The position numbers were made by a program, and so were the translations under genes. From Paraspadella gotoi (lineage: Eukaryota > Animalia > Chaetognatha), in contig CM119270.1 of the NCBI GenBank assembly GCA_051294375.1, positions 133,353 to 197,352 of the forward strand: a stretch of DNA of 64,000 nt, given 5' to 3'. Positions 54,035 to 64,000 of this stretch are shown here, one piece after another (position 1 is the first letter of the stretch; the number at the start of each line of letters is the position of its first letter). The notes under the pieces are model-generated. The model saw nothing but the letters and a program-made list of their open reading frames with translations, was not told the origin of the DNA and searched no databases.

Positions 54035-54924
54035 ATAGGTCATTCACTGCCTCGACCCATTGACTTGACCGCTCTCTCTTTTTCTTCCCCACGCAAAATG
54101 CAGAAAAGTAATTACGCCACTATTACTCTACCATTACTCCACCATTACTCCACTATTACTCCTCCATTAATCCATCATTACTCCACTATTACTCCTCCAT
54201 TACCCCTCTACTCAATGTCGATCCCCCTCACTGGTCCACTACCTCTGCTCCACTCGATTTCTCACCCTCCTCCTCCTCCTCCTCTTTCTCTTCCTCCTCC
54301 TCTTTCTCTTCCTCCTCATCTTCCACTCTCTTTTTCTCCTGTCTCCCCCNNNNNNNNNNNNNNNNNNNNNNNNNGAAGCTAGATATAAGTTTTGACGGAA
54401 TGCAAGTTGAAAAAATTATGCAGTTGAAATGATGCAAGATTAAAAAAAATCTTAAAAGCATAAGGGATCGTCGCTATTGCATAAAAAAAAGAGAGAGGGA
54501 GAAGAGAGAGAAAGAGAAAAGAGAGAGTGAAGAAAGAGAGAGAGAGATGAGAGAAAGAAAGAGGAGAGTGGAAGAGAGAAGAGAGAAAGGAGACATAAAA
54601 TAAAAAAATCTTAAGACTCAAGATCGAGCAGAGCCCACTATCATAGAAAATTAATGAAAAAAACCGGGAAAAAAACGAATGAATCATGCGATAACGATTG
54701 TTGATGTACTAGTAATGATTGAGGTATACTAATGATTGATTACAGTAATTTATTGATTATAGGAATGATTATTGATTCATGATAATCATTATTGATGCGA
54801 TGATAGTCATTCACTGCTGTGATGATAGTCATTCAGTGATGCGATGATTGTCATTCATTGGATGCGAAATGATTGTCATCATTGATGCATGATAGTCAAT
54901 AAAACAAACAAATGCTGTATGAGT

Positions 54925-54992
<68 letters not shown>

Positions 54993-55468
54993 AAGAGAGA
55001 GAGAAAAGAGAGAGAGAGAGAGAGAAAGAAGAGATAAATCCCGAAAATCTCGGATGAAAATATGGATTTTGTATTGAAAAAAAGCGCGGATAAATGGCAA
55101 TAATAAAAAGTTTTTAGAAGAAAAAAATAATCAGAATTTTTCAAAAAACAAAACGATCACGCCAAAGATCGGACAGATAGGGACAGACACACACAGAGAG
55201 ACAGAAGACAGAGAGAGGAGAGAGGAAAAAGAGAAGAGAGAGAGACAGCCGCTGCAGAGAAAAAGAGAAAGAGAAAGAGCGATATATAATAATTAAAAGA
55301 GAGAGAGAGAAGGAGAAGCTCTACAGCCCCTTTATCGTTAAAGAATCAGCAAGTACTTATGCGCCGCACGTAGCGTGAGCTATTCTCTACCCAAAGGACC
55401 CGGGTTCGCGCCCCTGTTGGGCATCGTTTTTTACATTAGTGAACCCACATTATATCTAAAAATTTGTA

Positions 55469-55519
<51 letters not shown>

Positions 55520-56029
55520 AGCTGGACAGACGCTGCAGAGCGGAACTCGTTTTTAGAAGAAGCAGTGACGGAAGAAAAAGAGAGAGAGAGAGAGTGACAT
55601 ATAATTAAAACGTTTTTTTTGTAATAAAACATAAACAAATACCAATATTGATATAAACATGAGAATTTTAAAGATCTGATGATTAGAAGCCATATATAAA
55701 ATTCAACTCCCTATGATATCACACTTTCAGAAGCCAATGATTGCAAAAAAGCGAGACCGAAAAGCTAAACCGAAAAAAAAATCTAGACAGGACGGGCTTT
55801 TGCCCGCCCTGGCTCGATAATAGAGGATATTTGTTTGTTTTGATAAAATGTAAACAAAACATTTAATAACTGTCTGACTCAATTTTAAGGACATCGATGA
55901 TGACAAGCTGAATATAAATTATAATTAATCTATTAATTAAATAATTAATAATCTATTAATTATTAATTAATCTATTATTAATTAATTAATTAATCAATAA
56001 TTAATTATTATCGTAGGCAGAATCGACAT

Positions 56030-56292
56030 TGTTTGCTCAAACTGTTTTTTTGCTCCTTTTTATTATTTTTTTTTGCGACAAAACTTTATTTTTATTTCTC
56101 TTCGCTATTAATTATCGTTATTTCGTTGAAATAGTTTTCTTTTTTTCCCCTTTTTTTATTTTTTTTCTGTTTGGATCTTTTTTTGTCTTATTTAATTTTG
56201 GTTCCATTTTTTGCTGCTCCAGTTTTTTTTTCTGATTTCGTCCATTTTACAAATTCTTGTGATGGATTGAGGACTAAGGTTCTCTCTCTCTC

Positions 56293-56331
<39 letters not shown>

Positions 56332-56349
56332 TCTTCTTCTTTTCTTCTT

Positions 56350-56415
<66 letters not shown>

Positions 56416-56463
56416 CCCTTTCTCTCTTTCCTCTCTTTTCCTTTCTCTCTCTCTCTTCCTCTT

Positions 56464-56535
<72 letters not shown>

Positions 56536-58230
56536 CTCTCTCTCACTTTCTCTTTCTTTCTGTCTGCAATACTAATTAGAGAAAATTTCATAGATGGAGT
56601 GATATTTATTTTTAGCATAATTCTCCAAAAAATGTATGCACTCCTTCACGCTTACTCTAACCAACCAACAATTTTCGTCCTAACCAACCTCTACCAACTT
56701 CACCATCTTCACTATACATGATTTGGTGGAACAAAGATATGGAAAAAAAAAAGAACAAGAATAACAAGATAGAACAAAAAAAGAACAGCCGAAGTTGCAA
56801 CTTCATCGCAGCTGCAGTTTTTAGTTCATTTTAACTAATTTAACAGTTTCAACCTCGTTGCAGCAGAAGCTTAAACTTCATTGTAGCTGCACCTTCAAAC
56901 TTCATTGCAGCTAAAGTTTCAATTTTAATGCAGCTGCATTTTATCTTCATTACAGCTGAATTTAAACTTTATTACATCTTCAGATTCACACTGTCCCCTG
57001 TGCATTTGTCTGCATCTGACATTTTTTTCTTCGCAGCAGCAGTAACCTCCTGTAACTGAAAAATATGTACAAAATATTTTACTAACAACTGCAAATTCTT
57101 AGCAGCAAATCAAAAGTGAATTCGTTTTTATTCACATAACTTGTGATATCAAACTGGAGACATCAAAAGTGAATTCGTTTTTATTCACATCACGTTTTTT
57201 CTAAGATTCACTTTTTATCGCATTCTTTGAGGGGGGCATGTTACTTTTGCCGCGAGTACTCGAGAAGCAACTCTATATGTCACTTTTCGGTCAGTCCGGT
57301 CCGTCGGTCCATCGGTCCGTCCGTTGATTACTCATTGCTCATATGTTAAGATATAAAAAACCTCAAATCTAAGGGATTGCTAGTGCCTGGCTTCAGGATT
57401 CCTAAAACTATTGTAGTCGGGCATTGCTTAAGTTCACCCTCGCCCATAAGCATGAAACTTCGGTCTTGATCCGGTGGCTCATTGAGTAAAGGCCTATCAA
57501 TCCGCAACCCGCTACTATCCATGCGGGAAGCGTGAGGACGCCGTAAGCCGCCTTTGGGCGCGTGGAAAACCCTCAAGGCTGGTTTTCAAGCCCAGGACCC
57601 GTTCCATGGCTGGGAGAGGGGGTTAAAGAGGTTGCGGAGAGTACTCTTCAGCCGCCACTGTAGCGCCTTATCCGCACAATAGGGAGCATAAAAGACGAAA
57701 TTTTCGATTACAGTGCATGTCATAAATACATGGCAAAGAAGTTTGTTTATCTTGTCATTGTCATGTCATCGTGATCAAAGGAAATATTCTTAGTAAAAAA
57801 CCGTTAATTCTAGTTTTAATTTTATTTTTATCCTTTATCCAAAATCAAACTTAAGCTCTAACGAGTATAATTCAAATCTATCCAAAGTTTTGGAATTCCA
57901 AACTATGATTCTTATCCTTTGAATAAATTTTTTTCACGATTTGGTCTTGATGGCGTTAGTGTTTTGATTTTGATTTGATTTTAGTTTTGCTCAAAATGTT
58001 GATAGAACACAACTACAATCAAAGGAGCCGAACATGAATGTTATGTATGTAATACAAGTTCCTTTCATAATTTTGACCCATAGACCTAATTTGACCTAAT
58101 AGACCTTGACCTAATTGCGCACGCCTTTCTTTACTTCATCATGCTGTCATTTCATCTCCTTCCCCATATTCAACCGTTGACACGAATCACTGACCTTTAT
58201 GAGTTTATTGCTCATATCACAGCCAGAGAA

Positions 58231-58286
<56 letters not shown>

Positions 58287-58630
58287 AGAGAGATAGAGAG
58301 AGAAGGAGAGAGTTTATAGGTCATTCACTGCCTCGAACCCATTGACTTGACCGCTCTCGTCTTTTTCTTCCCCACGCAAAATGCGAGAAAAGTAATTACG
58401 CCACTAATTATCTACCATTACTCCACCATTACTCCACTATTACTCCTCCATTAATACCATCATTACTCCACTATTACTCCTCCATTACCCCTCTAACTCA
58501 ATGTCGATCCCCCTCACTGGTCCACTACCTCTGCTCCACTCGATTTCTCACTCCCTCCTCCTGCCTCTTTCTCCCTCCTCCTCTTCTCTTCCTCCTCATC
58601 TTCCACTCTCTTTTTCTCCTGTCTCCCCCC
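56030..58630 (+). other. Indel-bearing duplicate of ~51800-54349; probable assembly or haplotype duplication
   Basis: Colinear including the SINE and HINE; the first copy ends at the N-gap at 54350. Confidence 0.85.
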
Positions 58631-58656
58631 TTGTTTTCTCTCTCTCTCTCTCTCAT

Positions 58657-58702
<46 letters not shown>

Positions 58703-59467
58703 CTCATTCTCTCTCTCTCTCTCCTCCTCTCTCTGCCCTGACCTGAAATCTCACACCAGTCGATAACGAGAAATCACGAGGTTACGATATTAAGGGTTAG
58801 AGGCCGAAAAAGAAAAAAAGAAAAAAAAGGGAAAAAGGAAAACAGTTTTAAAAAATTGAAAATAATTTCAAAAATGAAAAAAAAAGAAAAAAAAAGAAAA
58901 AGAAAGAAAACATATTCTTGAAAGTTGTATCTTTTTTCTTTTCAGTCAAAAGAAAAACCTTGACTTTTTTCTGACCTCAAAAAAAGTCAAATGTTGTAAA
59001 AAGAAAACGACAAGAGGGGAAAATGATTGGATCCAAATATTGTCGCGATTTTCGGCGCCGTTTTTCGGAAAGCCCCCCGTTTTTGTATCTAATCTTTTAA
59101 CTTGGTTTCAACTTAATTTTAAAAACCCTAATCTTTAATAAAGTATTTAAACTAATCCCTAACCGAACCTCTATTCCTAACCCTTAATCATTAAACTTAA
59201 AAACTTGTTTAATTCTAAATTGAAGCTAGAAAAGGGCGCTTTTGGAAAATAATCCCCAAATGAAGTGACTTAATTTTCAGTCGGTCAATCAACATTACAT
59301 TGCAGGTAATCGTTTCCTCATTTATTTAAAACCGGCCGAGTTTTGAATACCTCCTTGTTACTTTCTCTTGTAACCCTGTCGTTAGTCAATCTTTGCATTG
59401 TAGTATATACAACAAAAGTTTGTTCTACTGCAAAAATGACATTTTGAACAAAATTAAAAAAAATCAA

Positions 59468-59608
59468 CCCAAGGCCAATTTCCCTCTTCAACCCTAAGCC
59501 CAATGTCCCTCTTCAACCCCAAGCCCAATTTCCCTCTTCAACCCCAAGCCCAATTTCCCTCTTCAACTCCAAGCCCAATTTCCCTCTTCCACCCCGAGCC
59601 CAATTTTC
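59468..59608. repeat. 25-bp tandem repeat (cccaatttccctcttcaaccccaag) x5
   Basis: Direct reading. Confidence 0.88.
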
Positions 59609-60348
59609 ACCCTAAACTTCCCCTCACCCCAAACTCGTTCTACGAATCCCTCCACGTATTCAACTTGACCTTTCCCTCCATAACCTATCGCCTTTTTTCT
59701 TCGCTTTTCTTTCATTTCCTTTTTGAAGGATTTTTATCACTTTTTTTTTGGCGGGGGGAGGGTGGAATGAAAGGGTGTGGGTAAATGTGGTGGTGTTGTG
59801 GTCGCGTGTGGGTAGTTGATCGGCGTGGGTAAAAGGGAATGTGGTTAAACGGTTGGTTGGCGAGAAGTGATATGTCGTTGATATAAATTCATCTCACAAA
59901 ATTTCAGATCGTCAATCGAGAATTTCGTGTTGTCACCAATTGAACTCTTTTTGTGTGTGTGTGAGATAAAGTTGTGAGGTTTTAATAAGAATCCTTTTTT
60001 TTTCAAATAAACATTCAGTGATTTTTAAATTTTACTTTCGATAAAATTAAACAAAATTCAAAGACTTCTATGTAATATCTATGTGAGTGAGATTGAACGG
60101 TAAGTGTCTACCTACTTGAACCATAGGATTAGAGGTCAAGTTTAGAGTTTAATGACGCAGCCGAGATTAAAGTTTTGGTAAGTCTAAAAGGTTGAGGGTC
60201 AAAGGTCAAAGGTAAAGAAGGAAAATGGGTTTAAAAGGAGAAGATAAGTTCAGCGGGAAAAAATCGTGGTTTTCATTTTATTTTGGGTGATCTTTGGTTC
60301 GTTTTCATTTTACGAGATATGTCAATAATTATTCATTCATTCATTCGG

Positions 60349-60434
<86 letters not shown>

Positions 60435-60604
60435 CCCGCAGTTAGAAAACCAGCGATCAAAATGTTGAGGAAGACTTTTTAAATATTCCCTCAAAAACGT
60501 CACCTACATTTATTTTATCTTTTCTCTCGGGTCATGATCTGTTCCATTCTTTTCTTTTCTTTTCTTTTCTTTTCTATTCTTTTCTTTTCTTCTCTTGCCT
60601 TTTC

Positions 60605-60654
<50 letters not shown>

Positions 60655-61013
60655 CAATCAATCAATCAATCAATCAATCATATCAATCAATAAACATTTA
60701 CCAACCAAAATTTCAATCCAACCAATTTTTCAATTGATTTCTTCCTTGACCATCTTTTAATTTAAGAGAAACCTTTAATTTGACCTTAAATCCTCTACAT
60801 TTGAATTTAATTATATACATTGGCAATTTGGCATCCCCCTTTTAAACGTGTTTCCGCCAAATGGAACACGACTCGCTCCGAAGCTCACTGCGCAAAGCGG
60901 AGAAGCTTTTCCTCCATCCCTTTTTTGTGTTTCCTCCATGCATAAAAAAAAAATGTGAGCGACTATAATGTCGTTTGCATATTGAGGTGTCGGTGGTTAC
61001 GTGGCGTTACTTC

Positions 61014-61359
61014 TTTTTAGTTGCGTCGCGGGAACTCGCGGAGCAACTCTATTAGTCATTTTTTGGTCGGTCTGTCTGTCGGTCGGTCATTCGGTATGTC
61101 TGTTCGATGGCTTGTCCCACTTACATTAAAAATGCTTATAACTTATAACTTATAACTTGCTCATTTGTTAAGACAGGAAAAAACCTATCATTTTAGTGAC
61201 TGCTAACGCTGCCTTCAGGAATAAAAGACGGAATTCCAATGCAGTTTGTGCCATAAATACAAATAAAATATAAAGACGTTTGTTATACATAAATTTCCTA
61301 ATCAGGTCGTCATGTGAAAAGAAAGTCACTGCGGCGCAACACATGGACCGATCTTGTTT
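61014..61359 (+). mobile_element. Helentron-associated (HINE/DINE-1-like) element
   Basis: T-run start, subterminal gttgcgtcgc with nearby partial inverted copy gcaac, (GTCG/GTCT) microsatellite, inverted subterminal gcggcgcaac at ~61331, end cttgttt; this layout is characteristic of HINEs. Confidence 0.62.
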
Positions 61360-62357
61360 ATGTATTATTAAAATGATAATTTAAGAATATTTTGTTTAAT
61401 TAATGGTACATTGATTGAACCTCCTTGCCCATTCGTTCCGATTAAAAGAGAGACAGTCAGACTGACATTTTCTTAATTACGTAGACATTCACTTAAGCCA
61501 AACTCTTGGAGTTTTGGCAACTAAATTGTTACCAAGATAAGGCCTGTTAGCCTGTTTGCTAAAGCCTGTTAGCCCAAGGCCTGTTAGCTAAGGCCTGTTA
61601 GCTAAGGCCAGTTAGCTTTTCAGTTTGCGGTGGATGTTAATAAAGAGAACGTTTGAAAAAAAGGCATTAAATCTTTGTCTTATCGCTACAATAAATAATT
61701 CCTGATTTTCTATTTTCCCTTCCTTCCTTGAATATTTTAAACTTGGTAACATAATTCGTGAACGAAATCATTATAACGCTCGTGATGATATATTTATCCT
61801 TCCGCATTTAGCCAAAATTCATATATAATTTTAAAAATTCATTTAAATTTAATTCAAAATTTTATTCAGTGAGGTTTTCAATTTGACTGTTGAAATGAAG
61901 AAAGATTCGAAATTTATAATGAATCTCAGGTTAAAAATGAAAACTAGAATTTAGAATGAGAATAATGTAGAAAGATTCATATAATACTAAAGAAGTGGTC
62001 ATGAAAATAAAGATAGGAGAAAAAAATGATAAGCGTGAATAATATAAGCTCAATTTTCTCTTATCCTCCACATTTTATGATTCCATATTTCAACTATACT
62101 GGCGTCGGATTTATCAGAGTTATTTTTAGAAACACTTTCGACGTCCGTGTGTCCGTGCGTCCGTATTTACGGTCGTTTATCCGTTTATCATCGGACGCTT
62201 GTTCGAATCGCTCTCGTTATTTCGTTCTCTCATAACTTTCTTTTTTTTCTCTCTCTTATTCTTTTTTTTCTTTATTTTTTTTATTCTTTTCTCTCCCGCT
62301 TTCCCTCTCATCTCTCCCCTTTCTCTCTCCCCCTCCTCCTCCTCTCATCTCTCTCTC

Positions 62358-62406
<49 letters not shown>

Positions 62407-62417
62407 GTCTCCTTCCT

Positions 62418-62461
<44 letters not shown>

Positions 62462-62478
62462 CTCCTCTCTCTCCATAG

Positions 62479-62655
62479 ATACCGCGCCAAACGAACGACG
62501 AAACGCGCTGTTCTCCATGATTCTCTGCGCATGGACAATTTCCTTATTACTGTGGACTCCTTGGATCTGGTCGTGGCCATTACATCGAAGGAGTTGCACA
62601 GTTCCGCAACACGATTGCTACATTCAGTTTCTGCAATCAAACGCAACTCTGACTG
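62479..62655 (+). CDS. mAChR-A: Muscarinic receptor ICL2-TM4-ECL2 exon (frameshifts, probably sequencing errors)
   Basis: catag acceptor, gtgagg donor. Pieces YRAKRTTKRAVL / MILCAWTISLLLWTPWIWSWP / YIEGV / TVPQHDCYIQFLQSNATLT lie in shifting frames. Confidence 0.88.
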
Positions 62656-63870
62656 GTGAGGGCAAGATCTTTTTTTTAGTTTAATACGTTTTGTAATATT
62701 GTGAAATAGTTTTATTATGTAACAGTCTCAATTTACTATTTCAATCCTAAATACGGTCATCCAAGCGTTTGGTGTTTTGTTATTGGAGACTTTAAATTCA
62801 TTGCAATACGTAAAATTGTAAAAACAAATTGTTCACACAAGAATGGTAGTAAAGGTAAAGCTGAGAACGATTTTATTAAACAAGACATTATGTATATATT
62901 CAATATAACACGGGTTTATCTATTTATGAGCATGGGTATACCTTTAGTACGCATATTGCAATCGTAAAATGCAAAAGCAAAAAGAAATTTCGCCCAAGGG
63001 AAAAAAAAAATTGTGTGGGAAAATTGAAGCAAAAAATCAAATCCTTTTGGTTTTAGTTGAGATGAGATTTTTTGGCGAAGAAAATCCCTTGGAAAAAAAT
63101 TGAAAAGTTGGTGTTTGGTTAACTATGGCAGAACTGTGTCTTGCTTGTATGCAAAGTATGAACTTGATAGCAAAAGGAAAAATTGAAGACTTGGCATTGG
63201 CCAGTATGCAACAGAAGGAAAGGCAACAATCAGCTAGTGTGGTTTTGTTTGTCGTATATATGATATTAGATTAGTACAATCAATTAAAAATTATCCAAAA
63301 ATTTCCCCCTATTTGAGACAGGCTATGGTGGTTTAAGGCCTCCATCACTCTTACAAGATAATGACATAGCAGGTCTCTGCAAGCTTTCAATCAAGACTCT
63401 CTCACAGTCTCGTTTATTCACTCACAGAGTACCTGGCTTCTCTATCAATGAAAAATGGTATAATATTTTAAATAATAATATGTTAGGTAACGTGGCCACT
63501 ATATTAGCATAGTGTATTTAAATGTTGAATTGTAAAGCCTTTTTTCTTAAAACTCGTTCTCTTTCTCCCTTTTTGTTCTCTCTTTCTCTCTCTCTCTCTC
63601 TGTCTCTCTCTTTCNNNNNNNNNNNNNNNNNNNNNNNNNNNNNNNNNNNNNNNNNNNNNNNNNNNNNNNNNNNNNNNNNNNNNNNNNNNNNNNNNNNNNN
63701 NNNNNNNNNNNNNNNNNNNNNNNNNNNNNNNNNNNNNNNNNNNNNNNNNNNNNNNNNNNNNNNNNNNNNNNNNNNNNNNNNNNNNNNNNNNNNNNNNNNN
63801 NNNNNNNNNNNNNNNNNNNNNNNNNNNNNNNNNNNNNNNNNNNNNNNNNNNNNNNNNNNNNCCTTCCCAG

Positions 63871-64000
63871 TGACAACTGCGATCTGCGCCTTCTACATTC
63901 CCGTCACGATAATGACGATACTGTACTACGGCATCTGGAGGGAGACTGAGACGCGACAGAGAGAGCTGCAGCATCTGCAGGCCGGCTGCGGCGGCGGCGG
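63871..64000 (+). CDS. mAChR-A: Muscarinic receptor TM5-ICL3 exon (runs off the window)
   Basis: cccag acceptor, phase 1. [39 protein letters not shown], the typical AFYxPVxIMxxLYxxIxxET pattern. Confidence 0.93.

Overview
Eukaryotic (metazoan, probably invertebrate) genomic DNA from a draft assembly. It is AT-rich, very dense in microsatellites ((AG)n, (ATC)n, (GAC)n, (ATT)n, (ATCC)n) and has several N-gaps. Nearly all ORFs in the supplied track are translated microsatellites. Three real spliced genes can be rebuilt from GT-AG boundaries and reading phase. (1) The last four exons of a mitochondrial dicarboxylate carrier (SLC25A10-like, +, 48-2590). (2) A minus-strand GT31 / beta-1,3-galactosyltransferase-type gene (31475-43625, first exon not located) whose exons splice into ONE frame with TWO tandem GT31 domains; the first lacks the DxD motif (MTTDK, ISDV) and the second is canonical (KVDDD, LEDV). 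(3) Four exons of a muscarinic acetylcholine receptor (mAChR-A-like, +, 49725 to the window end). Four blocks next to N-gaps are repeated as indel-ridden copies, most likely assembly or haplotype artefacts. The non-coding DNA holds a hAT-like foldback MITE, a Tc1/mariner-like MITE, Helentron/DINE-1-like elements, two or three families of tRNA-related SINE-like elements (one with compensatory covariation in a multi-hairpin structure) and many minisatellites, including a tandem array of Pol III B-boxes. No CRISPR array or prokaryotic system is present. All calls come from manual reading; no searches were run.
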